Of a stretch of 64,000 bases of DNA, positions 38,896 to 50,075 are shown piece after piece. The notes beneath the pieces are model-generated. The model did not search any database, was not told the origin of the DNA, and was given only the letters and a program-made list of their open reading frames with translations. The stretch's first letter is position 1; the number at the start of each line of letters is the position of its first letter. The translations under genes and the position numbers were made by a program. Origin of the DNA: Thermoplasmatota archaeon (GTDB taxonomy: Archaea > Thermoplasmatota > Thermoplasmata > UBA10834); assembly GCA_040751795.1 (NCBI GenBank), contig JBFMHR010000003.1, forward strand, positions 96,001 through 160,000, read 5' to 3'.

Positions 38896-39537
38896 ATGAA
38901 GGCCTTCGACCACCGCTCGGCCTCGGTCCTGGCGGCAGGTCTGCTGGCATCCATGGTGCTGCTGTCGGCGTCATCGGTCCCCCCCTCACTGACCGTGTCC
39001 GAGCTGTGGGGGCTGGGCGGGAACGCCCGCGTGACGGTGGAAGGCATCCTCGTCTCGCTGTGGACGTACGACTCGGGCGCGGAGGCGATCGTCCTCGCAG
39101 ACCATTCGGGGCCGCTGACCGCCAGGGTGATGTGCTCGCCGGGTCCCGGCCCTCCGCCGAGCGCGGCCGCCGCCGTGGGCGACCTGGTCTCCGCCTCCGG
39201 CGAGTGCGTGTTCGAGGACGGCGCCCCGACGGTCTTCTGCAGGTACGGCGACGTCCGCCTCCTGAAGGAGTCGCAGGACATCCTGACGGTCGGCCTGCTC
39301 GCCGAGTCGTGGGAGCTCTTCGAAGGGGACAGGTTCACCGTCCGCGGCGTGTGCGGGGTCGACCGGGCCGGCGCCCCGAGGCTCAGCGACCCGGACGGCG
39401 CCCATGGCTTCGCCCTGATCCTCGACGACGGCGTCGCCGCGGCCGAGGGGGAGGTCATCGTAGACTGCACCCTCGCGGTCGACCGCTCGACGATGGCCAT
39501 AGTGCTCGAGGCCCATTCAATCACCCCCGCGCGCTGA
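38896..39537 (+). CDS. Hypothetical membrane-anchored or secreted protein, possibly two OB folds
   Basis: N-terminal hydrophobic segment; VTVEG..VGDLVSASG; start uncertain. Confidence 0.55.
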   Translation: MKAFDHRSASVLAAGLLASMVLLSASSVPPSLTVSELWGLGGNARVTVEGILVSLWTYDSGAEAIVLADHSGPLTARVMCSPGPGPPPSAAAAVGDLVSASGECVFEDGAPTVFCRYGDVRLLKESQDILTVGLLAESWELFEGDRFTVRGVCGVDRAGAPRLSDPDGAHGFALILDDGVAAAEGEVIVDCTLAVDRSTMAIVLEAHSITPAR

Positions 39538-39587
39538 CAACAAGCTTTTCTGGGCAGGCCGCGTTGGCCACCCCCGTGCCCGCAACG

Positions 39588-40901
39588 ATGCTCGCCTTCG
39601 ACGACACCGACTCGCCGGACGGCATGTGCACGACGTACCTCACCACGCTCGTCCTGGAGGAGCTGCCGGACCTGGACCTGCTGGGGTGGCCGAGGCTGGT
39701 GCGCCTCAACCCGAACGTGCCGTGGAAGACGCGGGGCAACGCGGCCGTCTGCCTGCCCCTGGGCCACGGCGAGGGCCGGGGCCGCCCGTGCGGGATGCTC
39801 GAGAGGGGCGAGGTCAGGTGGCACAGACGCGGGAGGCCCGCGGACCCGGGGGAGCTCCTCGAACGCGCCGCCAAGGTCGTCTCCAGGCACGCCATGTTCG
39901 ATTGCCACACCACCAACCCCGGCCTCGTCGCCTCCGTGCGCCGCCCCTCCCCCTCCCTCTACTGGAGGGCGGTCCGCGGGGTCGTGAGGCTCGAGGACGT
40001 CGAGGCGGAGCTCTCCTCCGCGGGGGCGTGCTGGCGCAGGTTCAAGAGCGGGCGTGGGGTCATCGGGGCCGCGTCGGCTATGGCGTGGAGGCCGAGGGAC
40101 AGGACATGGGAGGTCGTGGCGTACAGGTCCCCGGAGCGGTTCGGGACCCCCAGGGACATCTCGGCAGAGAGCGTCGCGGAGATGGACCGCGCTACCCGCT
40201 GGACGTTCAACAACTACGATCCCGAGAACGGCCACGTCGCCATCGCCCCGGGGTCCCCCTGCCCGGTGCTCTTCGGCATCAGGGGGGACTCCCCGCCTGA
40301 GCTCCTCAGGGCGAAGGACATGATCAGGGGCGAGCCGCCCGCGAAGTGGCTCCTCTACATGTCCAACCAGGGGACCGAGGACCACATCGTGAGCCGCAGG
40401 ATAGGCGAACTGGCCCCCGGCGACTCGGCCAAGGTCCGCGCCACCGTCGTCGCGGCCCCCTCGACCGTGCCTGGAGGGCACGTGATAGTCAGGCTCGGTG
40501 ACGGGGCCGAGGTCGACGCCGCCTTCTACGAGCAGTCGCGCGGCATGAGGGACGCCGCCCGGCACCTCATGCCCGGGGACGAGGTCGTCGCGTACGGCTC
40601 CGTCAGGTCGTCCCCCCGGTCCCTGAACGTCGAGAAGCTCCACGTGCTGAGGCTCAGCCCCCAGGTCAGGAAGTCGGCGAACCCGACCTGTCCGGCGTGC
40701 CGGAAGAGGATGGGCTCGATGGGCTCCGCGAAGGGCTTCCGGTGCAAGGTCTGCGGGGCCCGCGCCCCGCCAGAGGCGGCGGAGTACGAGGAGGTCCAGA
40801 GGTCCGTAGGGGTCGAATGGTACGAGCCGCCGGTCTCGTCCAGGAGGCACCTCCACAAGCCGTTACGGCGAATGTCGAGGGGTACCTTCAACAAAATATA
40901 A
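39588..40901 (+). CDS. tiaS: tRNA(Ile2) agmatinylcytidine synthetase
   Basis: DDTDS..GMCTTY, LVRLNPNVPWKTRGN, PVLFGIRG, SNQGT, C-terminal Zn ribbon, RRHLHKP. Confidence 0.96.
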   Translation: MLAFDDTDSPDGMCTTYLTTLVLEELPDLDLLGWPRLVRLNPNVPWKTRGNAAVCLPLGHGEGRGRPCGMLERGEVRWHRRGRPADPGELLERAAKVVSRHAMFDCHTTNPGLVASVRRPSPSLYWRAVRGVVRLEDVEAELSSAGACWRRFKSGRGVIGAASAMAWRPRDRTWEVVAYRSPERFGTPRDISAESVAEMDRATRWTFNNYDPENGHVAIAPGSPCPVLFGIRGDSPPELLRAKDMIRGEPPAKWLLYMSNQGTEDHIVSRRIGELAPGDSAKVRATVVAAPSTVPGGHVIVRLGDGAEVDAAFYEQSRGMRDAARHLMPGDEVVAYGSVRSSPRSLNVEKLHVLRLSPQVRKSANPTCPACRKRMGSMGSAKGFRCKVCGARAPPEAAEYEEVQRSVGVEWYEPPVSSRRHLHKPLRRMSRGTFNKI

Positions 40902-40972
40902 ATACGCTCAGGGGAATCAACGCGACAGAATCCAGCGTCCCGGGGGACGGGCCGCTGCGGATGTGATTTGTG

Positions 40973-42148
<1,176 letters not shown>

Positions 42149-42193
42149 GCCCCAGAAGGCACTTAACGGGGCGCGCTGATACGCGACCCCGCA

Positions 42194-43447
42194 GTGAGGG
42201 TGACCAGTTTGGACGCTTCGGAGCTGATGGGCCGGGTCGAGTCCCAGCGCGATAGGATCGTCGAGGACTTCTGCGCGATGCTGCGCGTCAAGGCCGTCGG
42301 GCCGGAGAGCGGCGGCGAGGGAGAGCACGCGAGGGCGGAGCACCTGGTCGCCCTCGCGAGGAGGCTCGGCCTCAGGGACATCGAGGTCCTCGAGTCCCCC
42401 GACCCGAACGTGCCTTCGGGCAAGAGGCCCAACATCATCATCAGGGTCAAGGGGAGGAAGCCGAGGAGGCTGTGGGTGGTCACGCACATGGACACCGTCC
42501 CCGAGGGGGACCTGTCGGCGTGGGCGACCCCGCCCTACGAGCCCACGGTCAAGGACGGGAGGATCTACGCCCGGGGCTCGGAGGACAACGGGCAGGAGCT
42601 CATGGCCTCCCTCTACGGCCTCGCCACGGTCGTGGGCGCCGGGGTCGTGCCCGAGCTGGACACGGGCCTCGTCCTGGTCTCCGACGAGGAGCACGGTAAC
42701 ACCCACGGCATCGACTTCGTCATGGGGAAGGGGCTGTTCAGGAAGGGCGACCTGGTGGTCGTGCCGGACCACGGCTCGCCCGACGGGTCGGAGGTGGAGG
42801 TCGTGGAGAAGTCCATAGCCTGGATAGACGTCGAGGTCGCCGGGAGGCAGACGCACGCGAGCACCCCGCACAAGGGGGTCAACGCCCTCGAGGTCGCGGC
42901 CAGGTTCATGCTGGCCGCGTGCGGGAAGCTGAGGGGGAAGTACTCCGTCAGGGACCCGCTGTTCGACCCGCCCGGGAGCACCTTCGAGCCCACCAGGTGC
43001 GAGGCCAACGGCCCGAACGTGAACACGGTGCCGGGCAGGCAGAGGTTCTCGTTCGACTTCAGGGTGCTGCCGGACCACCCGCTGGACGAGGTCCTCGCGG
43101 ACCTCAGGGCCGTCGCGGACGAGGTCGGGCGGTCCTCCGGGGCCGAGATCTCGCTCGACATCCTCCAGAGGGCGGACGCCGCCCCCAAGACGCCCATCGG
43201 CTCGGAGGTCGTGGAGCGGCTCTCCAGGGCGATCTCCCTGACGAGGGACGTGAAGGTGAGGCCGACGGGCATCGGGGGAGGCACCTGCGCCGCCCCGTTC
43301 AGGCGCGAGGGGATCGAGGCCGCCGTGTGGGCGACGGTCGCCAGCGTCGCTCACGACGTGAACGAGTACTGCGTCATCGACGGCCTTGTGGGCGACGCGA
43401 AGGTGTACGCCCTGCTGTTCGCCGGGGACGGCGTGAGGGGCGGCTAG
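42194..43447 (+). CDS. M20 family metallohydrolase (DapE/ArgE-like)
   Basis: HMDTVP, ARGSEDN, DEE, HAS, GGGT, AH. Confidence 0.93.
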   Translation: MRVTSLDASELMGRVESQRDRIVEDFCAMLRVKAVGPESGGEGEHARAEHLVALARRLGLRDIEVLESPDPNVPSGKRPNIIIRVKGRKPRRLWVVTHMDTVPEGDLSAWATPPYEPTVKDGRIYARGSEDNGQELMASLYGLATVVGAGVVPELDTGLVLVSDEEHGNTHGIDFVMGKGLFRKGDLVVVPDHGSPDGSEVEVVEKSIAWIDVEVAGRQTHASTPHKGVNALEVAARFMLAACGKLRGKYSVRDPLFDPPGSTFEPTRCEANGPNVNTVPGRQRFSFDFRVLPDHPLDEVLADLRAVADEVGRSSGAEISLDILQRADAAPKTPIGSEVVERLSRAISLTRDVKVRPTGIGGGTCAAPFRREGIEAAVWATVASVAHDVNEYCVIDGLVGDAKVYALLFAGDGVRGG

Positions 43448-44409
43448 AAGTCCTGGCCCGAGCCCCGCTGCTTGTCGCCGAAGATCCTCGCTACCATCCA
43501 GTCGGAGTCGAACCTGCCGAACTCGTCGTACTCCTGGCCGTAGCTCACGTAGGCGATGGGCTTCCCGACCGCCTTGGCTATGGAGAGCGCGGCGCCGCCC
43601 TTGGCGTCCGCGTCTATCTTCGTCAGCACGACCGCGTCGATCCCGACCGCCTCGTCGAACTTCCTCGCCTGCTCGACGGCGTCGGAGCCGGCGAGCGAGT
43701 CGCCGACGAACACGACCAGGTCCGGCTTCGCGACCCTCTTGATCTTCTTCATCTCGTCCATGAGGTTGGTGTTGGTCTGCATCCTCCCGGCGGTGTCTAT
43801 GAGGACGATGCCCTTCTTCCTGGCCTTGGCGTGCTCGACCGCGTCGTAGGCGACGGCCGCGGGGTCCCCCCCGGCCTGGTGCTTGACGATCTTGCACCCC
43901 AGCCTGTCGGCGTGGATCGTGAGCTGCTCGATCGCCCCCGCCCTGAAGGTGTCGGCCGCGGCCAGCACGACCGTGTAGCCGTGCTTCTGCAGCCTGCTCG
44001 CGAGCTTCGCGATGACGGTGGTCTTGCCCGTCCCGTTGATCCCGACGAACATGATGACGAAAGTGGCGTCCTTGGCCTCGAGCCGGTCCTTGAGGGAGAA
44101 CCTCCTCTCGTCTAGGACCTGCTTCACGGCCGCCCTGAAGGCCAGCTGGATCGCCTCCTCGATCTTGAAGTCGCGGTCGATCCGCTTGCCGGCGAGGGAC
44201 TGCCTCACCTTCTCGGTCAGCTCCTCCGCCACGGGCAGGGCGACGTCCGCCTCCAGGAGCCCCATCTGGAGCTCCTGCAGCACGTCGTCGAGGACGCCCT
44301 CCCTGAGCCGCCTCCCCGAGTCGCCCGCGACCTCAGAAATATCCTCGATGGACCTGGTCTTGGCCGACTTGGACGCCGCTGAGAGCTTCTCCCTGAGAGC
44401 TTTGAACAT
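43444..44409 (-). CDS. ftsY: SRP receptor FtsY
   Basis: GINGTGKTT, DTFRAGA, DTAGR, TKID, KGG. Confidence 0.97.
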   Translation of the reverse strand: MFKALREKLSAASKSAKTRSIEDISEVAGDSGRRLREGVLDDVLQELQMGLLEADVALPVAEELTEKVRQSLAGKRIDRDFKIEEAIQLAFRAAVKQVLDERRFSLKDRLEAKDATFVIMFVGINGTGKTTVIAKLASRLQKHGYTVVLAAADTFRAGAIEQLTIHADRLGCKIVKHQAGGDPAAVAYDAVEHAKARKKGIVLIDTAGRMQTNTNLMDEMKKIKRVAKPDLVVFVGDSLAGSDAVEQARKFDEAVGIDAVVLTKIDADAKGGAALSIAKAVGKPIAYVSYGQEYDEFGRFDSDWMVARIFGDKQRGSGQDF

Positions 44410-44418
44410 GTCGGGACC

Positions 44419-44853
44419 TCAGGCCTTCTGGCCGCCCGCCTGGAACCTCTCGTACTGCTCCTGGACCTTGTCCGTGAGCTCCTGGATGGCCGCCTCCGTC
44501 TGCGCCGCCATCTCCGCGACCTTCTGGAACGCCTGGGCCAGCTCCTCGACCCTCGTGTCGAGCATCTTCTCGGCCTCCTCGGCGCCCCTCTGGACGGAGA
44601 CGCCGGAGCCGACCCCGATGACGACGTCCTTCCTCTCGGACGCCTTCGCGTAGATGTACGAGTCCGCCCCGACCGGGATCATCAGCTCGTCGCCGGGCGC
44701 GCTCTTGGCGAGGCTCCTGACGGTCTCCCTCGCCTTGACGTGCTCCTCGATCGCCAGCTGGATGAGCTCCTGCTGCTTGGAGAGCCCCTCGAGCTGCGCC
44801 TTGGCCGTCTCGAGCCTCATCATGTTCTCCCTCAGGGCGGTCTCTTCGCTCAC
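44419..44853 (-). CDS. pfdA: Prefoldin alpha subunit
   Basis: LMIPVGADSYI, VVIGVGSG; rpl18a-pfdA-ftsY order. Confidence 0.93.
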   Translation of the reverse strand: MSEETALRENMMRLETAKAQLEGLSKQQELIQLAIEEHVKARETVRSLAKSAPGDELMIPVGADSYIYAKASERKDVVIGVGSGVSVQRGAEEAEKMLDTRVEELAQAFQKVAEMAAQTEAAIQELTDKVQEQYERFQAGGQKA

Positions 44854-45083
44854 TTCTTCTCCCCCAGAAGGTGCTTGACGGTGTGGTCGCTTACCTCCTC
44901 GGGCTTCAGCGGCCGCACCCCGTCGATCTTCACGAACTTGCGCTTGACCTTGTGCCTGCTTCCTATGAGCGCGAGCGACTTCTCCAGGGCCGCCTTCTCG
45001 TCGGCCGACGCGACCTCGAGCGCGAATGGCTGCCACTCGCGCGGGGAGAGCCGGAATTGTCCCTTGACTTCGAATGCCTTCAT
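44850..45083 (-). CDS. rpl18a: 50S ribosomal protein L18Ae (LX)
   Basis: MKAFEVKG, GSRHKVKR. Confidence 0.92.
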   Translation of the reverse strand: MKAFEVKGQFRLSPREWQPFALEVASADEKAALEKSLALIGSRHKVKRKFVKIDGVRPLKPEEVSDHTVKHLLGEKK

Positions 45084-45180
45084 GAGGACCAGCAGGGGCC
45101 CTAGAGAGGGTGTCTCAGATAAAGCTTTTGCACCCCTCGTTCGCAAGGTTCATTACATTCACGCGCGCTGGAATCCCTCC

Positions 45181-46023
45181 GTGAAGAGGACCCTAGACGC
45201 CTACTACCCCGGGAAGGGGTTCCCCTCCGTGTCGACGACGGGGCGGTCATGCGGCCTGGCCTGCAAGCACTGCGCGGGGAGGTACCTCGAGGGCATGGTC
45301 CCGGTGACCGAGCCCGGGGAGCTGGTGTCGTTCGCGCGCGCTCTCGCCTCAGGGGGCGGCCGGGGCATGCTCCTCAGCGGGGGCTGCGACGCCGACGGGA
45401 GGGTCCGGCTGGAGCGGTTCGCGCCGGCCATCAGGGAGATCAAGGCCTCCACCCCTCTGGTCATGAACGCCCACGTGGGGCTCATGCCGCGCAGCGGCCT
45501 CGAGGAGTTGTCCGAGGCCGGCGTCGACTGCTTCTCCGTCGACGTCTACGGGGACGACGACACCGTGGAGGAGGTCCTCGGCGTCCGCGCGGCCGCGGAT
45601 GAGTACGCCGCCGTCGTCGGGCACCTCTTGGACATGGGGGCACAGGTCGCGCCGCACATCTGCATAGGCGTCCGCGGCGGGAAGCCGGGCCACGAGCGCG
45701 CCGCGGTGGACAGGATGGCGCGGCTCTCCCCGGCGACGCTGGTGCTCATCTCGTTCATCCCGACGCGCGGGACCGCGTACGCGTCCCGCAGCCCGCCGGA
45801 GGGCGGGGAGATCGTGTCGGTGGTGTCGTACGCGCGCTCCGCGCTCCCGCGGACCCGCCTCCTGCTGGGGTGCATGCGCTCGAGGAGGGACAGGTCCTGG
45901 GAGCTGGAGGCGGTCAGGGCCGGCCTCGACGGGATCGTGCTCCCGTCGGAGGAGACCCTCAGGGCGGCGGCCTCGCTCGGCTACGAGGTGAGGAAGAAGG
46001 GGACCTGCTGCGCCATCGCCTGA
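45181..46023 (+). CDS. Radical SAM protein, biotin synthase-related uncharacterised family
   Basis: CGLACKHC, LLSGG, NAHVG, PHI, LGCMR, C-terminal TCC. Confidence 0.88.
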   Translation: MKRTLDAYYPGKGFPSVSTTGRSCGLACKHCAGRYLEGMVPVTEPGELVSFARALASGGGRGMLLSGGCDADGRVRLERFAPAIREIKASTPLVMNAHVGLMPRSGLEELSEAGVDCFSVDVYGDDDTVEEVLGVRAAADEYAAVVGHLLDMGAQVAPHICIGVRGGKPGHERAAVDRMARLSPATLVLISFIPTRGTAYASRSPPEGGEIVSVVSYARSALPRTRLLLGCMRSRRDRSWELEAVRAGLDGIVLPSEETLRAAASLGYEVRKKGTCCAIA

Positions 46024-46851
46024 CTACTTGTAGATGGAGCCCTGGGAGTACTTCCTCTCGATGGGGACCAGGTACGCGATCCAGGCCACGTTGGCCACGA
46101 AGAAGGCGAGGGCGATCACGGCCACGATCCCCGTGAACATCTCCGACGTGTCCTTGACGAGGGTGAGGGTCACGACCGCGCCGGGCGAGGACAGGTCGTT
46201 GACCACGACATGGAGGAGGGTGTGTTCCATGGCAGGGACATCCATGCTCAGGCTCCCGGCGAGCTGGTAGTCCTCCCTGTTCAGCCGCAGGAAGTACATG
46301 TCCGCGATGCTGTCTATGTGGTCCTGGTAGGTCGCATCGTCCACGAGGTACACCTCGACGGCCTCCGTCGCGGACGCGCGCAGCTCCGACACCCTCTGGA
46401 GGGCCAGGGGGTCCCTGGACCAGAAAGAGTAGGGCTCCGCCGCGGTGGCGCTGCCGGTCCTCTGGGCGGCGTCCTCGGTAACCGCGAGGACGGGCTGCAC
46501 CATGAGGATGATGGTCACCACCGCCCCGACGGCCGCGAGCAGCATCGAGCTGTTCATGGAGTTCTTGGCCATCAGGTGCTTCGCGCTCGAGCTCCTGGCG
46601 AACCTGATCTCCATGATCCGGAAGAAGAAGCTCTCGACGCAGACGACGAGGAGCAGCAGCGCCATGACCGCCGCGAACTGGTCGAGCGGGAGGTAGAGGC
46701 TGGGCGTCATGGTGGCGTCGCCGATGACGAAGACGAGGACGAACCCGAGGGCGACCAGCATCACGACCTGGACGACATACAGGGTCATCTTGATCCTGCG
46801 GAGCCTGCCGAGCCTCACGGAGTCCTCCAGCACCTTCTTCGAGAGCGGCAT
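46024..46851 (-). CDS. Hypothetical membrane protein
   Basis: About four TM segments plus a soluble beta-rich loop; fills the gap with typical codon usage. Confidence 0.75.
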   Translation of the reverse strand: MPLSKKVLEDSVRLGRLRRIKMTLYVVQVVMLVALGFVLVFVIGDATMTPSLYLPLDQFAAVMALLLLVVCVESFFFRIMEIRFARSSSAKHLMAKNSMNSSMLLAAVGAVVTIILMVQPVLAVTEDAAQRTGSATAAEPYSFWSRDPLALQRVSELRASATEAVEVYLVDDATYQDHIDSIADMYFLRLNREDYQLAGSLSMDVPAMEHTLLHVVVNDLSSPGAVVTLTLVKDTSEMFTGIVAVIALAFFVANVAWIAYLVPIERKYSQGSIYK

Positions 46852-46889
46852 TGCGGGTTAAGATGCCCGCATCTGAATTAATAGTTTTC

Positions 46890-48122
46890 TCAGTGGGTAT
46901 CAGCCGCGGCCAGCTTTCTGCACAGCAGGTGGACCGCGACGTATTCGGGGACCCGGTTCGCCCCCTCGTCCAGCGAGAATCCCCTGTCCCTGAGCCTGAC
47001 CTCCACCGGTCTGTCGCACACGACGGCGACCTCGGTCTCCCCGAACGCGGCGGGGACCGCGGAGACGAACGGGTCGAACCCGTCGAGGTCGTCCCTCTTC
47101 ATCGGCACCACCTGGAACCCGGTCTTGCCGTGGAGCGAGCTCGGGAGCCTGATGAGCCTCTTGATGTCCGAGGTCACGGGCTCGTCCGTCTCCCCCTTCA
47201 TCCTCCCCTTGACGCGCATCTCCACGAGCCTGAGGAACGCGTCAGCGTGCCTCTTCTGGGAGAACACCTCGAACGTGTCGTCGGCGCGCATGCGGTCCAC
47301 CCCCCTCTTCCCCTCGGCGCCCTTGAACAGGTCGGAGTACATCCCCCCGACCGTCCTCTCCCCCGTCTCCTTGTCCGAGGCGGAGAGCGCCTCGGAGATC
47401 CCCCTGACCGCCTCGCCCTCGTCCAGCGCCTCCAGTTCGGCCAGCAGGTCGTCGATGCCCCTCCTCATCCTCCTGCGCCACCCGCCGTCGGCGAGCGTCG
47501 GCATCGCCCTCCTGTACTCGGTGCCGACCCTCTCCTTGTACCTCCTCGCCTCGAAGGCGGTGGAGGGGAACACCCAGTCGATGTCGAGGTCGGTGCCCGT
47601 GACGTAGTCGACGACCTCGCGCCTCTCGTGGCTCGAGAGCCTCATCACGCGCGGGTCGTTGATGTGGACGTGGTACCCCCTGCCCCCCGAGAAGGCCACC
47701 TTCAGGCTGTCGCCGTCGAATCCCAGGTCCCCCAGGAGGAACTCGTCGATCAGCCGCACGACCTCCACCTTCACCCTCTCGAGCATCTTCTCGTAGGGGA
47801 GGCCCTTAGTCCCCTCGACGTGGTCCGCGTCGAGGTCGAATATCAGGTCGGCCCCGAGCCACTTCTTCTCGGCCATCGTCGGCGCGTCCGGCCTCTCGTA
47901 GTAGGCGCACGAGTAGTAGGCGTGCGACGGGACCTGCTCGACGAGGTAGTTCTTCAGCGAGGCCCTCGTCGGGAAGGACAGGTGCCGCATCACGAAGGTC
48001 CTGTCGAAGAACATGAATCCGAACTCCCTCCTCGCGAACCTGTCCGGCATGGAGAGGGGCACCTGCCGGTAGTGCTTGGAGAACATTCTCATGACGAATC
48101 TAGCCGAGGCGTCGGAGGGCAT
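46890..48122 (-). CDS. priS: DNA primase catalytic subunit
   Basis: REFGF, LIFDLDAD, FSGGRGYH, DEPVT, RLIRLPSSLHGK. Confidence 0.97.
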   Translation of the reverse strand: MPSDASARFVMRMFSKHYRQVPLSMPDRFARREFGFMFFDRTFVMRHLSFPTRASLKNYLVEQVPSHAYYSCAYYERPDAPTMAEKKWLGADLIFDLDADHVEGTKGLPYEKMLERVKVEVVRLIDEFLLGDLGFDGDSLKVAFSGGRGYHVHINDPRVMRLSSHERREVVDYVTGTDLDIDWVFPSTAFEARRYKERVGTEYRRAMPTLADGGWRRRMRRGIDDLLAELEALDEGEAVRGISEALSASDKETGERTVGGMYSDLFKGAEGKRGVDRMRADDTFEVFSQKRHADAFLRLVEMRVKGRMKGETDEPVTSDIKRLIRLPSSLHGKTGFQVVPMKRDDLDGFDPFVSAVPAAFGETEVAVVCDRPVEVRLRDRGFSLDEGANRVPEYVAVHLLCRKLAAADTH

Positions 48123-48248
48123 GCGCCAGTGTCATCCCAGTGACCACTATATTAACCTCTCATGTGCCCCTGCGCTGCACGTAGCGCCCGTATCAACAAC
48201 AATAATGAACCCCAAGGCCTATGCCTACGCCCAGCCAAGGTAGTCGCG

Positions 48249-49124
48249 ATGATCAAGGTCTTCATCAGGGTCGAGTTGAGCAGCGAGGGCGAGTCGCCGA
48301 AGGAGGTGGTCGAGAGGATGAGGCAGATCGGCTGCACCCCCGTCGTGGGGGACTTCGACTTCGAGATGCCCCTCGGGGACGACGAGCGGCTCTTCGACAA
48401 GCTCGAGGACATACACCACGCCCTTCGCGGCTCCAACGCCAGGTACAGCGTGACCACGAGGACGGACGTGGAGGACGCGGGGAGCGCCCAGAGGAACCAC
48501 GTGACGCCGCTGGTGGACCAGAAGGCGACGGAGCTGAAGAGGAAGCTGTACAGGGAGAAGCTCGAGCGGTGGCGCGAGCTCGGTCTGGACGTCGAGGAGC
48601 TCGAGGTCCTCCTGGACAGCGACATGGAGCGGTTCAAGCAGGTGAGCAAGGACTTCCTGAGGACCCACCTGGACAAGATGTCCGTCGTCAAGGACAAGCA
48701 CCCGCCGGAGAACCAGGTCGACGGCGAGGTGCTGTCGCTGCTCGACGAGCAGGGCCGCACCCTTCAGGACATCATGTCCCTCACAGGGTACTCCGAGGAG
48801 GCGGTGACGCTGTCCCTCGGCAGGCTGATATCCGCCGGCAGCACCCAGACCGAGAAGAACGGCCAGGCCGAGGTCTACAGGCTGATCCCCCCGCCGGCCC
48901 CGCCGGTGAGGAAGCAGATCAAGGTGCTCACCGCCCAGTCGGAGGACGAGGCCGAGCAGAGGATCGTCACGGCGCTCCGGCCGAACGGCTCCACGAGGGG
49001 CCAGCTCATCCGGGGCAGCAGGCTCCCGACCGAGCAGGCCACCAAGGCCATAGCCTCCCTCTCCAAGAAGGGGAAGGTGAGGGTCGTCCGCAGGGGGAAA
49101 GAGGCTTTCTTCTACCCCACTTGA
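48249..49124 (+). CDS. Hypothetical protein: ferredoxin/ACT-like N domain, helical linker, two wHTH-like domains
   Basis: SSEGESPKEV..GDFDF; RTLQDIMSLTGYSEEAV; STRGQLIRGSRLP..LSKKGKV. Confidence 0.7.
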   Translation: MIKVFIRVELSSEGESPKEVVERMRQIGCTPVVGDFDFEMPLGDDERLFDKLEDIHHALRGSNARYSVTTRTDVEDAGSAQRNHVTPLVDQKATELKRKLYREKLERWRELGLDVEELEVLLDSDMERFKQVSKDFLRTHLDKMSVVKDKHPPENQVDGEVLSLLDEQGRTLQDIMSLTGYSEEAVTLSLGRLISAGSTQTEKNGQAEVYRLIPPPAPPVRKQIKVLTAQSEDEAEQRIVTALRPNGSTRGQLIRGSRLPTEQATKAIASLSKKGKVRVVRRGKEAFFYPT

Positions 49125-49205
49125 CGCGCGGGCCCGCGCCGCCGCGCCAGCCCGCGAAGGTTTATTAGAGAACCATCCGATTGAGCGCCGAGGCCAGGTC
49201 GGCGG

Positions 49206-50075
49206 ATGATCGCGCTAAGTCTCAAGGGCGTCAGGTTCAGGTATCCAGGGGCGTCAGAGTGGGCGCTCGACGTCCCCTCCCTGGACATCGAGCGCGGCGA
49301 GTTCGTCACGGTCCTCGGCCCGAACGGCTCGGGGAAGACGACGCTCTCGTTCCTCGCCAACGGCCTCGTCCCCAAATCGGTCCGGGGCGACTTCGAGGGC
49401 TCCGTCGAGGTGTTCGGGCACAAGGTGTCCGAATACACCGTGGCCCAGCTGTCCACGCTCGTCGGGGCCGTCTTCCAGGAGCCGGACAGCCAGCTGTTCT
49501 GCATGAGCGCCGAGGAGGAGGTCGCCTTCGGCCCCGAGAACCTCGCGGTCCCCAGGGAGGAGATCGCCAGGCGCGTCGAGTGGGCGCTCGACGTCGTGGG
49601 CCTGAAGGGGCTCGCCCACAGGCCCCCGTCCACGCTCTCCGGCGGGCAGAAGCAGAGGCTCGCGATCGCGGCCGCGCTGTCCATGAAGCCATCGATGCTG
49701 ATGCTGGACGAGCCGGCCTACGCCCTGGACCCTGTCGGCAGGGTGGAGCTGTACTCGATACTCAGCGGCCTGAAGGCCGAGCACGGCATGACCGTGGTGG
49801 TCATGGAGCGCGACGCGGAGGACCTCGTCGAGTTCACCGACCGCTTCGTCCTCATGTCCGGGGGGAAGGTGCAGGCCGCGGGCCCGCCGCGGGAGATGAT
49901 GGGCGACCCGGCATCCCTCGCCAGGGCGGGGGTGTCCCCGCCGCAGATGGCCGTGGTCGCGTCCCTCCTCAACGCCAGGAGGAGGGGGCCGCAGTTCGGC
50001 TTCCTCACCGTGGAGCAGGCCGTCGCGGAGATAACGATCACCGCGCATCGGCACGCCAAGGGGGGAGCCAGGTGA
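49206..50075 (+). CDS. ECF transporter ATPase A
   Basis: GPNGSGKTT, FQEPDSQL, LSGGQKQR, LDEP. Confidence 0.93.
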   Translation: MIALSLKGVRFRYPGASEWALDVPSLDIERGEFVTVLGPNGSGKTTLSFLANGLVPKSVRGDFEGSVEVFGHKVSEYTVAQLSTLVGAVFQEPDSQLFCMSAEEEVAFGPENLAVPREEIARRVEWALDVVGLKGLAHRPPSTLSGGQKQRLAIAAALSMKPSMLMLDEPAYALDPVGRVELYSILSGLKAEHGMTVVVMERDAEDLVEFTDRFVLMSGGKVQAAGPPREMMGDPASLARAGVSPPQMAVVASLLNARRRGPQFGFLTVEQAVAEITITAHRHAKGGAR

